Below, one piece after another: positions 38,470 to 54,110 of a stretch of 64,000 bases of DNA. How positions within the stretch are numbered: the first letter of the stretch is position 1; each line of letters starts with the position of its first letter. Origin of the DNA: the human T2T-CHM13v2.0 reference genome, Homo sapiens. A program made the position numbers and the translations under genes. The notes beneath the pieces were generated by a model. The model was not told the DNA's origin, did no database searches, and saw only the letters and a list, made by a program, of their open reading frames with translations. Where the stretch lies: the NCBI RefSeq assembly GCF_009914755.1, contig NC_060930.1. One strand, written 5' to 3'.

Positions 38470-39605
38470 TGTAGTCCAGCCACAGACTGGGAGAAAAGAA
38501 ATTGCAAAAGACACATCTGATGAAAGGTCATCATTCAAAATACACAAAGAACTCTTAAAATGCAACAAGAAAACAACCTGATTAAAAATTGGGCAAAAGA
38601 CCTGAAAGATACAATGCCACAGAAAATTATAGATGACAAGTAAGCATATGAAAAAAATGTTCAACATATATGTTGTTAGAGAACTGTAAATTTAAACAAT
38701 GAGATATTGCTCCACATCTGTTAGAATGGCCAGAACATTGACAACACCAAATACTGTTAAGGACGGGGAACAACAAGAATTCTCATATGTTTAGTGGGAA
38801 TGAAAACTACTACAGCCATTTTTGAAGATAGTTTGGCAGCTTTCTTACAAAACTAAACCGACTACTACCACACAATCTAGCAATCATGCCTCTTGTTATT
38901 TACCCAAAGGAGTGAAAACTTATGTCCACACAAAAACCTGTGCATGGATGTTTATAGCAGATTTATTCTTAATCACCAAAATTTGGAGGCACCAAGATGT
39001 CTTTGACTAGGTGAACAGATAAATAAACAGTGGTCTATCTAGACAACAGAATGTTATTCAGTTTTAAGAAGAAATTAGCCATCTAGCCATATAAAGACAT
39101 GGAGAAAACTTAATTGCATATTACTAAGTAAAAACAAAGCCAATGCCAATCCAAAAAAGCTACCTACTATATCATTCCAACCATATGACATTCTGGAAAA
39201 GATAAAGCTATGGATTTAGCAGGAAAAAAAAAAAGACCAGTGATTGCTGGAAATTAGAGGAGAGGGAAGAACATAGGAAAACAGAGGATTTTTAGAGCAA
39301 AAAAAACTATTATTTATGACACTACAATGCTGGATACATGTCAATATACATTTGTCCAAACCCATAAAATGTACAACACAAAAAGTAACTCTAAAGTAAG
39401 CAAAAACTGTAAACTTTAGGTGATAATGATATGTCAATGTCGGTTCCTCAATTGTTATGAAGGTACCACTCTGTTATGGGATGCTAATAGTGGAGAATAT
39501 CGTGCATGGGTACAGACATGGAGTATATGAGAACTCTGGGCATTCTCAGCTCAATTTTGCTGTGAACCTAAAACTTCCCTAAAAATGGAAATGTATTATT
39601 TTAAA
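38470..39605 (+). mobile_element. L1MC1/L1MC2-type 3' end
   Basis: agccacagactgggagaa, atgtccacacaaaaacctg, tacatttgtccaaacccata, caattttgctgtgaacctaaaact. Confidence 0.88.
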
Positions 39606-39609
39606 ACTA

Positions 39610-40630
39610 ACAAAAGAACATGCTCAAAATGAAAACTTAAGTCCACAGAAATAAAGATACATTAAATTATAAATAAGATTAACAACAAAAATCTTTCAAT
39701 ATGTACTTTCCTTCTCTCAGCTTCTTTAAAACACATAAAATATATAAAGTCATAATTATGACAAAGAATCACTGATTTTTTAAAAATCCATAAATGTAAT
39801 ATGCATAACAGTAATACTACAAAAGGGAGGAAAGGGAATGGAAATCTATGGAATAATGTTTTATATCATACTAGAATTAAGTTAGTGTAACTCTAAAGCT
39901 TCATCTGATAAGTTAAGATGTATATGGTAAATCCTAGAACAACCACTAATAACCCAAAAATAGTAAAAAAATAAAATAAATAAACTAAACTTCTACCTTA
40001 GGAAATAATGCAAAATAAAGCATTTAAGAAGAAATACAGGGAAAAAGCCATGAGACATATAGAAAACAGACAATGAATATGTAGCACATGTAAATTCAAA
40101 TATATCAATAGTAACACTAAATATAAATTGATTAAGCAATCCAATGAAAAGCCAGAGATTGTCAGACTGAACTAAAACACAAGATTCAATTGCATGCCAT
40201 CTATAGCTGACATACTTAGGATTCAAAGATACAAGTAGATTGAAAGTAAAAGTAAAAGAAAAAAAGTGGAGTAGCTATAATAATATCAGACAAAATAGAC
40301 TTCAAAACAACAAATATTATCAGAGATAATGAGAAACATTTTATAGTGATAAAATAATCGATCCATCAGGAAGATACAACATCTAACCAGATTAACAAAA
40401 AAACCTCAAACTAAGTGTCTAATTGCCTCCATTTATATTGAATTCATCATGTCTGGCATTCAACAAAAAATTACAAGATATGCTCAAAGGCAAGAGAAAA
40501 CAGTGTGAAAAGACAAAGCAAAACTCAATGAAATTGTATTAAAATATATGAAAGAATAATCCATCATAACCAAGAAGGTTTTATAACAGAAATTCAAAGT
40601 TATTTTAACATTAGACAATAAATCAGAGTA
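39610..40630 (+). mobile_element. Ancient L1 inter-ORF/ORF2 endonuclease remnant
   Basis: cagagattgtcagactg, gattgaaagtaaaag, taatatcagacaaaatagacttcaa. Confidence 0.75.
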
Positions 40631-40634
40631 TGTG

Positions 40635-41048
40635 TGTCTTAGTTTTTGTTGCTATAAAGAAATACCTGAGGATGGGTAATTTATAAAGAAGCCAAAATTT
40701 ATTTTGGCTCCTAGTTGTGCAGGCTACACAGGAGGCATGGCGTCAGACTCTGCTCCTCGTAAGGGCCTCAGAAAGCTTCCAACCATGGTGAAAGGTGTGG
40801 GGAGCAGGTGTGTCACATGACTGGTGAGAGCAGGAGCAACAGAGTGAAGGAGGAAAGCCCAAGCTCTTTTAAACAATCAGATCCTATGCAAACTGAGCAA
40901 GAACTCACTCTTCACTAAGAGGTTGGCACTAAGCCATTCATGAGGGATCCACCCCCATGATCTAATACCTCCAACTAGACCCCACCTCCAACATTGGGGA
41001 TCACATTTCAATATGAGATTTGGAGAGAACACACATCCAAACTGTATT
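40635..41048 (-). mobile_element. MSTB-type MaLR LTR
   Basis: gttgctataaagaaatacctgagg, cattcatgagggatccacccccatga, atgagatttggag...catccaaact. Confidence 0.9.
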
Positions 41049-41049
41049 A

Positions 41050-41790
41050 ATGGAACTCACCATAATAACAAAACAAGGAAATATAAATAATCATTTAAAT
41101 AGAGGCAGAAAGGAAATACTTAAAAACTTCAATTCTCAGCAAACTAGAAATAATAGGAAACTTGATCAAACTGATAAATTCGTAAAAATGTGCTTAAGTC
41201 ATACTTGATGAAAGACTGAATTTTTTACTTTGGATATTAGGAAAAAGGCAACTCTCTTTCAAATATTATAAAACATTACTAAGAAAGGCGAAAAGCCATT
41301 CACCTCAGCAGGTGAATGGACAGCTTGTAATGCATTTGTGCAATGGAATATACTATTTAGCAACAAAAGGGAACAACCTATCGATACATCCGTGATATAA
41401 ATTAATATCAAAATAAATATGTGTGCTGAAAGAAGCCAACAAAAAAACTCTATAATTACATATATGTATGTATATGTATTCATATATAGACCTACATACT
41501 TACACACATATACATATGTAAACACACATACACACAGATACACATACACACACATTCTAGAAAATGCAGGCTATAGTGACAGAAACCAGATCACTGAGTG
41601 CCTGGAATGGAGTAAAATTGGATTACAGGAAGATATGCAGAAACATTGTTGGGGGAAGGAGCTGTTCATTTCCTTAGTTCTAATGATAGTTTCGCAGTTG
41701 TCTACTGTGTTAAACTAGTCCAAGTTTTTAATTTATAGGCAATTTATTGTATTTCAGTTATAACTCATTAAAATGGAAAAAATAAAGATA
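41050..41790 (+). mobile_element. Ancient L1ME-class fragments with an internal (TA)/(CA) low-complexity tract at 41455-41555
   Basis: caatggaatatactatttagcaacaaaag, attctagaaaatgcaggctatagtgacagaaa. Confidence 0.6.
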
Positions 41791-43836
41791 TAATTACCTA
41801 CAGAATGTATTATATTTACCGGTAATAGCAACTATTTAGAAAAATAGTCCATAATAATAAAAAGTTATAGTACATAAAAAGTCATGGATTAGAGGGTTAT
41901 AAATTATTTATAATTTTATTGTAAAAATTGGACAATCTACATGTTTCCTCTGTAATTGCCTGAATAAAAATGTTTAAATAAAATTAATTTATAGGAAAAT
42001 AGTATGTAAAAAGAGCTTGGTTAAATAATTTTAATATCCTTTTATATGATATTTCTAATTTAAAAAAATAAACTTTAACTAGCGGCAACATAAGGCTGTT
42101 GTGATGGGTAAAAGGTAAATTTGGCTAATTTTGTATGACAATGTGATTCAACTGAGAATCAGACTTTCACTAACACATTTGTATAAGATATTATATAGTA
42201 AAATAATGTAGAATTAAAATTGAAATAAATCAGAATAAAGATATAGTGCAAAGCTGCCCAGGGGTGATCTGATTGTCTAGAAATAGAGTAATTCTAATAA
42301 ATGGAGAGAAGTCACTATAGAGAATATGAGAACAGATTCCTAATTGGCTAAGGATGTTTAAATCTGGGAAAAGGCAATCAAGAGTAAAATCGCTGGAGTG
42401 GGGATATCTAAAGAGAATATAATTAAAATCCAGGTAAAAAGAAATGGTTATCAAATGTGGGTAGTGGCAGCAAACACAGAAAAAGAATGTACCCATATAC
42501 AAGAGAAAGTATAGAAAATAAAATGTGCATACTCCACATGGGTAAATATTTTAAAGGGTATTTAAAGTTTGACTTCACCCATAATATTTTTTAAATGTAT
42601 TGACCAATAATAAGATTACAGTTATCTTTAAACGTTTATTTCTTTCCAGGCTTAAGTAATGGATTTATCAGAAGTTTTATTTTCTGTCGGGTTCATAGAA
42701 AGAATAATGGAAAGAGAGATGACTTCTTGTAATTCAAACCCTAAAATATTTGCTTATTTGTAACAAAGCATTTCCAATTCTCAGAAAAGAAAGAATGCAG
42801 TTTTTTTTGCTCAAAGAAAATTATTAATGCTAAAATTTATGAAAACAGTAGTAGAAACTAAAATATAATTAATCTATGAAGCTCTATAGAATATGAATTT
42901 AAAATAAACTTCAAGTTATCCTGATTTTTAAATGTTCATTTTCAAACAATTCTGTTATTATAATAGAATTAGAACTCTTTCAAATTAATTGTAATTTTAT
43001 ATTAATATCTTTGTGGTTTATATGCAGTGTTTTCATGCAACTTTATTTGCTGGGAATAAACTATTATGTAAATGTGTTCCAGTCCAGATTGAAATACATG
43101 TTTGATTTGGAAAGTAATTAAATCTTACACCGAATTTAAACTGGATATGTTATTTTTAGACTTTCTTATTATAACACCCTACATAAACACATCTGACTGA
43201 TTTTTAAAATGATGGTCAAAATGATAAAAGTTTGATGGTTCTGTTTATAATATTTCTGGAAAGTGCATGCTGTAAGTCCTATTTAATTATAGATAAAAGT
43301 TTCCATTTAGGTAAACATTTATTTAATATAATAGAAACCTGACCTTTCAATAATAATTCAAGTCTGAATAGCAACAACAAAAAAAGATTTAGAAAGCAAG
43401 ATCTTATTTTTAGAAAACTTCTTTCCATTGTATCTTTATATGAGTTGATTTCAAAGGTATCTCTGAATACCTGAACACTATGATTTTGTCCATAATTTCT
43501 GTCGTAATTATTGTCTATTGGCCTTACCTAATTACTTCTGAAAAGAAATGCTATAACCTAGTAAGTGAAATGTAAAAATAACCAAAACCCTGGATAACCC
43601 CCTACGACAATCTAGTTTGTAAATATGGCATTGATTCAGCTCTCTATTAGTTCCTTTAGGAGGAAATAAACATTTTTGAGGAGAGTATATCAGATGTTCA
43701 CAGAAGCATGAAAATTAGGGAAGAAGTGCCATTGTAAAAGAAGGCTTTCGTAAATTATATATATAAGCATGTGTGTGTTTTTTAAAGCTTTTTACAACTA
43801 GATTTTGCTTTACTGATATTATTCTCTTCTTTATAG

Positions 43837-44298
<462 letters not shown>

Positions 44299-46764
44299 TA
44301 AATGTTTCAGAGAAAGTTTTTAGTTGTAAAGTTCTAGTTACTTTAAGACATATCAGCATAATTTTCTAGCAATTTAATTTAACATAAGCAGCGATGACAG
44401 TCTGCATTTCTTGGAATTTAAATTATGTTTCATCTACAAACAACAAGACTCTAAATCTGAGTCTGTTCAATTAGTGTTAATGTGATATAATGACAAAATT
44501 AGTTCAGAGGATTTTAGACATAAATCATGCTAGAAGTTTCACACTTTAGAGTACCAATTCATTCTTTGCATCCACTTTTAAAGCAAATACAAGCAAAACC
44601 CTTCTCTCAGTAACTGAATACTAACTCAGGTCAAATGTGTGTTTCATGACATGAACAATAATTAGTAATGTAACCAGTGAAGTTATTTTTGTTCATGCTT
44701 AATCATCCATTTCCAGAGTGCTGATAATCAAATGGAGTACAAGGTGAAAACACTTTGCTTTAAAAGTTAACTATGACAATAAACTACCTGCAATCGAATT
44801 TGTGGAAAGAAAAAAATAAAGTTGGTTAAAACTTTATTTTTAAGGAGTCATTAATTTAATGTAATGATATGAAATTTTGCCTCAGGAATTAACATACATA
44901 TATATAAAGTGTATATTTTGTGCTCTTTCATTATCTTACTGAAAATCATAATGTGAAAACTCATTAAGTCTCCAATCCTAATAACATCACTGCCATTTGT
45001 TCATATTTATGGCTTTTCTGGCCTAATTTTCTTACCTATTCAGATATCGCTACATGAGCCATCACATTATTTTCTCTCTGTCCTTCACCTGAACTCTCTT
45101 TCCATCTTGTCTTTCCAACATCATTCTGCAAAACAACCACAATGACAACCAATCTAACCCATAAACTTTCCAACTGTTTCCCAAAAGTGTTGAGGAAAAA
45201 AATTCACAGAACTGTATGAATTAACTACCATTCTTTGATATACATTCTAGCTGGGTCCTTAATATAGCCTATAAATCATTTTATACCTGATGACGCTCTC
45301 TTTCATTTTCCTCAATTTTAACTCTTAAGTTCATCGCCGTTTTTATAATGCCTATATTCCCTTAATTCTAACAGGACAAATTTATCTTGGATATCATTGG
45401 AATAGCTAGGATCCATCTAATAAGAACTCTCACAACTTCCTCCCTCACCACGTCTAAATGTATTTGTATCACCACGTTTAGGTTTATAATTATATATGCC
45501 TTCTTTTCGTATTGTTTCAAGATCAGGATAATACCTGCTAGCCTGCCTGTTTTTTTCTTTTTTCTTTTTTCTGCTTGTTTCTGCAGGAGGAGGGCAAGTT
45601 GTTGGAGTTTTATTTAGGAATCAAATTAAAGAATATCTTGCATAGAGAAGTATTAAATATGAAATAAAATATATGAAAAATCAAGAGTCTGAGCTTTTAA
45701 GCATTCCATACAAGAATTTTAATACCAAAAACACTATGTGAACTATGAGCGTGGTTCTAGTTAGCTCCTTATCCCCCATAAGATCAGAGGACATAAATAT
45801 ACTAATGGAAACGGGGTATAGAGAGGTAAAGTAGGCAAGGTGTCAATGTGTTAGATTCATCCATCTCTTAACTCCCCCAATAGTTTTGTGTATTTAATAG
45901 GTAGAAATAAGATTTTTGCATTTGTAGATTATTTTAACTTCTGGTTACAGGCTAAGTTATCAAAAGTCTTTCCACTAAAAAAGGTAAAAATGCTGAGAAA
46001 AATATTTTTTAAAAACTCCTCAAATGTTTTCCAGTAACTGGAAAAATAAAAATAAGAAGACCTACCAAATCAAAGTAACGAAATCAAACCAAAAAGCAGG
46101 AATCCAGAGCAGTAAGACAAACACATGCTAAAGTTTATTTTAACTTGAAAGTATTTGTTGATACAGGTAAATTTGAGATTTAATTTTGAAGGCTTCTTGT
46201 GGTATAACTGCCGAAGTCAAAGTTAAGGGTCTAGGGGTCAGAGTCAAAGAGAAGACCTCCCTAGAAAACTGTTGCAGTAAAAAGCTATAACTTCAGGATA
46301 ATGATAAACAGGAAATGAACTATCCCTAACCCACTTATCCCCCAGAAGAATACAAATACATTTGTCTCAACCCTGACACAAGCAAATGGATAAAAAAAAA
46401 ATTCCTGAGTTGTAACCATGTGTCAGCTATCTTATGGATTTTTAACACTACCTGAGTTAAACTTTGAATGTAATTATTTTATTAACATTTAATTTGATTT
46501 TCTCTAAATTATACTTTATTGTTTACATGCACACTGTTCACGTATTTAGTTTTTCTAAGTTTTTTTGTTTTTGCCCTTTATTTGTTACTGTTTTTATTTG
46601 TCACCAGCGTTTTGAGGGTATTTCTATTTTGCCACAAGATTTTAGTATTGGGGATGAGAAGCCTGATGCCAGTATGACTGATTCCTGTATGGACGATCTT
46701 TGACTTTTTCCTAATGAAAATTATGTGAACTTTACTTTATCCTGTGGTTTTCTGAAATTTTATT

Positions 46765-47049
46765 TTATTATTTATTTTATTTATTTTCTCACACTGTCAG
46801 CCAGGCTGGAGTGCGGTGGTGATCCTGCAGTCTCCACCTCCACTGCTTAGGTGATCTTCCTGCCCCAGCCTCCCAAGTAATTGGGACCAAAGGTCCACAC
46901 CAACACGTTTGGTTGATTGTTTATTATTATTTGTGGAGACGTGGTCTCACTATGTTGCCCAGGCTGGTCTTCATCTCCTGGGCTCAAGCGATGCTTCTGC
47001 CTCGACCTCCCAAAGTGCTGGTTTACAAGAAAGAGCCATGCTGTCCAGC
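46765..47049 (-). mobile_element. Diverged AluJ
   Basis: ccaggctggagtgc...gtctcactatgttgcccaggctggtc...ctcctgggctcaagcgat. Confidence 0.88.
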
Positions 47050-47489
47050 TGAAATTGTATTAAATTGTGTCTGTGTAGGTCTTTCTTTACATTGTTTGCT
47101 GGGTGCTTGAAGGTCCTGTTACATATGAAGATGGGTCTTTCTGATGTGACTCTCATCTATAATAATGATTATATATACATATATATGTATATATATACAC
47201 GCACACATATCCATATGACTCACACATATAATCCATAATATTATAGATGTGGTTCTCATCTATAATAATGCATGATCTATTATTTCTATGATGATGCATT
47301 TCTTCATTTACACTTTTGTTTTGTTTTCTAGAATTGTTAATGTATATATAATAGGTTTCCTGGAATATATTATCTATGATTATCATCATTTTATCAGGTT
47401 TCCAGTTCAGTGATACATGTTCTAATTTTTGAGAGTTTTTACCAGTATTATGTTATGATCCTGTCAATTTCAGGAACTATATTTTTTCA

Positions 47490-48260
47490 TGTTTTTTACT
47501 AAAGTCCATAGTTTTTCAGAGTTCCTTAGTCTTCATATAATGAATGTTTTCTGTTCCAATATCCTAGCCAGGATACCACGTTATATTTCATCATCATGTC
47601 ACTTCAAGCTCCTCTTGGTTGTAACAATTTATCTGGCTTTCCTTATTTTTGATAAGCTTGGTAGTTTTGTGGCATATTTTTCCAATGTTTATAAAATATA
47701 CTTCAGTAGTATTTATCTGATTGTTTTTCATGATTAGACTGAGGTTATGTGTTTTAGGGAGGAAGATCAGGAAGATCACTGAGGTAAAGTGCTCTTCATC
47801 TCTTACTATCAAGAGAACAAACTATAGACATGACATCACCATTGATGTTAACCCTGATTATTTGGATATTTATTTGATTATTATTTGATTATTTGGCTGT
47901 TGGTGAGGGTTCTCCACTGTAAAGCTACTTGATCTCTCCAAGTACTATACTCATTGAAAATAAGTCACTATTCACAGCCCACACTAACTAGTGGGGAATT
48001 ACATTTCTTCTACTATAAGATGGAATAGCTACATAAATTATCTGGGATTCTTCTGCATGGGAGACATGTCTACTCTCCCTGATGCATGTGTGTATGTATG
48101 CATATATGGCTACATGAATGTATGCAATCATTTATTTGCATCACTATAATATTATAATGTTGCTTTTGTCTTTTAAATATTAAAAGAGCTGCTATAAACG
48201 TGTGTGAAGGATTTTGTGTGGATGTAACATTTCAAGTCAGTTCAGTAATAACCTAGGAAA
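47490..48260 (-). mobile_element. L1MC/L1MD-class 3' end remnant
   Basis: ccaggataccac, catgattagactgaggttatg, gaggtaaagtgc, ttctccactgtaaag, tacataaattatctgggattcttctgcatgggaga. Confidence 0.75.
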
Positions 48261-48589
48261 TCGAAGTAATGATGAGATACCCAAGTAAAGATGCCACTCA
48301 TCAGACAGATACTTGTCACAACATTTCAAAAATTTGACTAGGTCTAAAAGTAGTTCCAGAGGCAATATTTGAAGATCTTTAAGTGAAAGGACTTAGGAAA
48401 CCAAAAAGCCAAGAGTTGTCTTTAATAAATTCAAAATTAAAATATGTAAAAAAATAGTTATGGAACTGGGAGGGAAGTAAGAGTAATTATAGAAAGGGGC
48501 ATTTTCAGAAAATGAAGGAAACAGAGAACAGATGAACTTATTTTCATTCTATTGCTTCTTTCTTATAGAAAATATATATAGGATTGTTT

Positions 48590-48730
48590 TAATTCCCTCT
48601 TTATGCCAATGATAAAACTGAACTTTAGGGTTAAATAACTTGCCCCTACTCATACCAGTGAATGAAAAAAAGCAGATCTGTACTTACTCAAGGCATTTGT
48701 TTTATCCACTAAAACTCACTGTCTTTCTGT
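48590..48730 (-). mobile_element. MIR fragment
   Basis: gataaaactga...ggttaaataacttgccc. Confidence 0.5.
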
Positions 48731-51199
48731 AATGTATAGGAAGAGTTTCAAGAAGTATGCATATCAGTTATTGACTTTTCAAAACTCTTGGTTTTTACAT
48801 TTTTTCTAATATGCCCAGACATGAAGCAATTAAAGATCATCAGGACAAATAAATGCAGTGATTACGGGTAACACCAATTATTGTAGTTAACAATTTTAAA
48901 GGTTCTAGATTGTGCTACTACTTTTTATATGTACAATCAACATTTAAAACTATAAATTTCAGTATTTTTATTTTATGGTTTGAGTTTAAATATGTTATCA
49001 TAAATCATAAACTGATATTAAATAATAAGCACAATGTTTATGTTTTCCCTTTGTGTTTAAGCGTTTATCAATCATTGAATATGAAGTGCTGTTATAGAAA
49101 CATTTTGCTCATAAACAGGCATATAATTGTCAGGAAATACCATCTATAATTGTGTAGTTTACTGTTTAGTGAAAGGTCGGTTGGGATTTTATTTCAATTG
49201 CCATTGTTTAATGATTTAATTTACACAAGGATAAAACTTGATGTTCTAATTCTTCAGGCTACTATTGTCATATTTACTGACTTTAATTTACCTCGATCAC
49301 ATTCTAGACAAAGAATAGAAAGTACTACGGCATGCAATACCTTATTCATCATAAGTTATTTAAATGTCTGGCTCACAACATGAAGATGGTAAATCATTTA
49401 AAATAATGCAACTAGTTCCTTCACACAATATAGAAAACAAGCAGAACTGTATGGACATTATGGCAGATGAAAAGGAATAAGATAGAGAGTCTGAAAGAAA
49501 AAAAAAGAGAAATAAAGTTTTTTTAAAAAAGTAGGAAAAAGAAAGATCACCACCTATGTAACCTTTAATAGCAGTATGGGGTAAAACTGAGAATGATGGC
49601 TTTCTCATTTCCCTCCAGTATAATCTCCCTATTTAAAGTTCACTCTGCTTCATGTGAATAATGTATGTGGGCTGACATTCCAGGATAGGAAGAAATAACA
49701 TGAAACATAGTTTAATAGCTTTAAGTGAACAATACCATTTCCTAATATATTAAAGAAGGGGAAGTGGAGTTCGTCAAATCTAGCCAGAGTAATTATTAAG
49801 CTTTTTAAAATATCAGTACTTAGACTAAGCAGAGCCAATATTTTGCTATTGTATTTAAATATAAAAAAGACATGAAATATTTGTCTTTAAATGTCTTTTT
49901 TTTCTGTTTTATTTTTTATCAAAGTGCTTAAGTCTAGGTTTAATACATGTGGCAAAAATTGCCTCACTTATAGAAACTCTGTGCTCTAGATGAAATTAAT
50001 GATTAACAACACAGAGGAATGAAAAAAGGCCACAGAATTGTTTCTAATGTTAAAGACTGTTAGAAAAGTAGTGCTATAACATCTCATGTATCAAGCACTG
50101 TAAAACAATAGGAATAGTTAACAAAGATAAATTTTGAAAATAACTGAAGCATCCAAGTTAATTTAAATTACCATTTCAACACACGCTATTTTACACGTCT
50201 TAATACTTCACTTTATATTGCATTTTGCTCTTAGGTTCTTGTACCTTGTACTTCCTCAAATTATCAGCTAGTGTCAACAACTGAATTTCCACATATATTT
50301 CAAAGCCAGCTTTCCTATTTCTACTAAAATCCTGCTGCCATTTTTACTCTGATAGCATTTAATCTTTATATACATTTGGAGAAAATTGACTTCTAATTCA
50401 TGAAAATATAAATGCATCCACTTATTTAGGTAATTCAGTATTTCTAACTATAATATTCCATTGTTTCCTGTGTAGACCTGCCTTTTATAGCTTTCATTTG
50501 ATAAGTTTTGTATATCACCTTCTTAAAGTTATCATTTAAAAAAACCTTATGGTGAGATTACATGAAGCTTACAGATGTTAAGTGATTCCTTATCTACATA
50601 TAGATGCTTATGGCACATAGCCAGTGTGAACATTTTGTTTTCTTTCTATTTAAAATTTTATTATTTAATATTTGAACAAAAGGAATAGATCTTTTAGGTA
50701 TGTGTAAATACGAGGCATATTAATAAAATAAACCCATCTCCCAACCAGTATGAACTTCTTACAGTGCCATCTCTTTCCTTCTATCCTACCAAAAAGGCTA
50801 TTCTTAAATGGTTATATATCCAGGAATCACATAAACTAGGGCCACCCTGATGAAATAGATATTTAAAATAGATTATTAAAAACAAGAGATCTTGAAAAGA
50901 ATGTTTAATCCTTGATTTAAACTAGGTTTTTGAGTACATTTTGCTGCATATATATATATATAAGCAGCAATATCATTTTAAAATCATAAATCTGTAATCT
51001 TATGATAAATGACTGCTATTTTGCTTTAAAAATTGATATTTTGACAGACTCAAACATTCGTTAATGTTATTAATCTATTTTGTGTTCTTTTTGCATTTTT
51101 CTATTTTTTATGAATAAATATTGTTGTCCCTGTATACCTTTGGGCATTACTACCTCTAGTTCTTTCAATGATTCTATTCATATTTCCCACTAGTTTTCT

Positions 51200-51600
51200 T
51201 AATTACATTCAGTGAACAGTACTAAGCTGAATACTTAAAAGAGAACCCCCTCACATGGCCAGAGTTTCCTCTGTTCAGCTTCCTAATTTCTAGTACTTTC
51301 CGTGTGAGCTCCAGGCACCTCTTAGCATTGACTCCACTGCTTCTCCTCTGCTCAGGGTTTCCATGGGCTTTGCCTATTTTCCCACACTCTGCAGCATGGC
51401 CAGAAGCTCTTTCATAGCAGTAAACTGGAGCAAACTTATGGCTTCTATCAGCTTTTTCCGACTTCTTAGGGATCACGAGTTTTCATTTCTTGATATCTAG
51501 TGTCTGGAAAACCATTTTTCTATGTATTTCATCTATTTTGGTTTGGTTCAAGTAGGAGAATAATTTCCAATCCCTGTTAAGTGCATCTTTTACTGAATCT
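51200..51600 (-). mobile_element. Ancient L1 5'UTR remnant
   Basis: GC-richer block resembling the antisense 5' end of L1M elements (cttagggatcac...tgtctggaaaaccatt). Confidence 0.45.
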
Positions 51601-53041
51601 GAACAATTAAGGTTTTTTTTTAATGTTTAAGCCCAATATCTTCCTAAGTAGAAGTAGACTAAAATATGTTGTCTGTTAGAAGGAATGTTTATATTTTATA
51701 AAATTTTCATGTCAGATTTTATGAGAATAGTTTACTGTTTTGTGCTGGAAAATTTAGCAATCAATATATGAATTATAATTTTATTGAGTCAAAAAACTAT
51801 GTTACAAAAAATGTCAAAGTGATAAAGATGTTTATAATGTGAATGGTATTCTTATTTTTTGCTATTCAAAAATAATGATCAAATGATACTCAGGAATAAC
51901 AGTGAAATAAATATACACACAATTTTATTTAAATTTTTTACATTATTTGAATAACATATTTAAATTTAATTTTTTAATCTTCTTTCTCTTACAAAAACAT
52001 TTTAACATTCTATTTTGTCTTTGATGAGAAGACATGTGTCTCATGACATTTGACTTGCTTTACTAAACCAAGACTCAAAATTTTTTGTTTTAAACTTTCA
52101 ATAATTGAATTCTCATTGTTAGAATATTAAAATAAAGCTATATGTGTACTATACATGGAATTTTGTATGTTACCTAGACAGAAGACAAGCAAAATTTTTA
52201 TGGTTTTTACGAAAAATCATTTCACTGAGTTTATTCAGTTATAATTTAAGTTTTGTTAACCTGAAATTTTAACTAATACTGTCTTTGACATTACAGATTA
52301 GTCCAAAATAAAAAGGAGCAAATATTGAGTTAATTAATGAAAGAAATACGAAAAATTCTGACTTTTTTTTTCCAAAGGAGCAAAAGAAAAACTTCAGTCA
52401 GTGCCAATTATTCCACAGGTTTTCAATCCACTAATGATTTTTTATCTTAAGATACTACCTTTAACTATGTTTAACATTTGTAATTATCTTGTGAGTGGTA
52501 AGGGAAGAAAATAAATTGTTAAGATTTTTTATATTCTAAAACACGTTTCTAAAATGTATTAATAGCACAAGATAATATGCTAATAATTTCATAGACATTA
52601 TATGACTCAATAGCCACAATATAATGATAGTATTATTGAAATCTGTTAGGACAACAAAATAGGAATAATTCAGAGAAGGGATGGCCTTCCTTGATAACTC
52701 TAATCTGTAAGCCAGTAAATTAATTGTGTGAAGGTAGCACTTTAATGAGCTGGCAGTTTCACATGATAAATAAGGAAAGTGGCAATATTACCAAAGTATG
52801 AATATTGTGCTAGTTGCCACGTTAGTATTCAAAAAGGTGATTAGAATAGTTGCACTACATGCTGTATTAAATATGCTCTGAATTAAATAAAGGCTCTAAT
52901 TACATCTTTTGAAATTCTTTAATGGTTTTTAAAAATTTAAACCGTGTTTTAAGTACTTATTGACCTTGATAATTTATTTTCTGACAAGTCATTTAAACCT
53001 ACTAATGTTTACTTAAACTTAGCATTAAAAGAGTCCCTTTC

Positions 53042-53350
<309 letters not shown>

Positions 53351-53873
53351 AAAAGTCCATTTATTATCTGATACCCAAAACCGTGGTCACTCTGGGAATG
53401 TGGAAATGTTAACACATTTGGCAAATATATTGATATAATTTGATTACTGCCCAAGGCACAAAACAGAAACAGCCCAAGAGGTGCAAGATACAGGAGAAAT
53501 GGATCATAATTAGAAGAGAAGCCGCTGAAAATCAGGGTGATGTCATCCAAGCAGAGAAAAAGAATAGAATAAAGATGGGTAGTGAGTAAAAAAGGAGAGT
53601 GGCAGCTGGTGAGAGAGCAAGCACCAGAAATAAAGAAATAACTACAGTTAATCCCTTGAGTAAGAATAATATCCAAATATGAAAAAAAAACTTGATAAGT
53701 GAATATGTTCTAACTAATATTGTGAAATGGAAATCAAAAACATCTGATAAATTATTTATATGGTAAAATGTTATAGTAAAGTGCTATGGTGGAAAGGAAT
53801 AACAATACTTTTTAAGACACTGTTACAGTGAAAGAAACCTAATATATTTTTTTTTTAAATAAAGCAAACAAGA

Positions 53874-54110
53874 GGCCGGACGTGGTGGCTCATGTCTGTA
53901 TTCCTAGTACTTTGGGAGGCCAAGGCAGACGGACTGGTTGAGGTCAGGAGTTCAAGACCAGCCTGGCCAACATGGTGAAACCCTGTCTCTACTAAAAATA
54001 CAAAAAATTAGCCTAGCATGGTGGCCCACGTCTGTAGAACTAACTACTGAGGAGGCTGAGGCAGGAGAATTGCTTGAACAGGGAGGTGGAGGTTGCAGTG
54101 AGCTGAGATA
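53874..54110 (+). mobile_element. AluS, 3'-truncated with no tail
   Basis: Alu sequence stops at gcagtgagctgagat. Confidence 0.9.
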
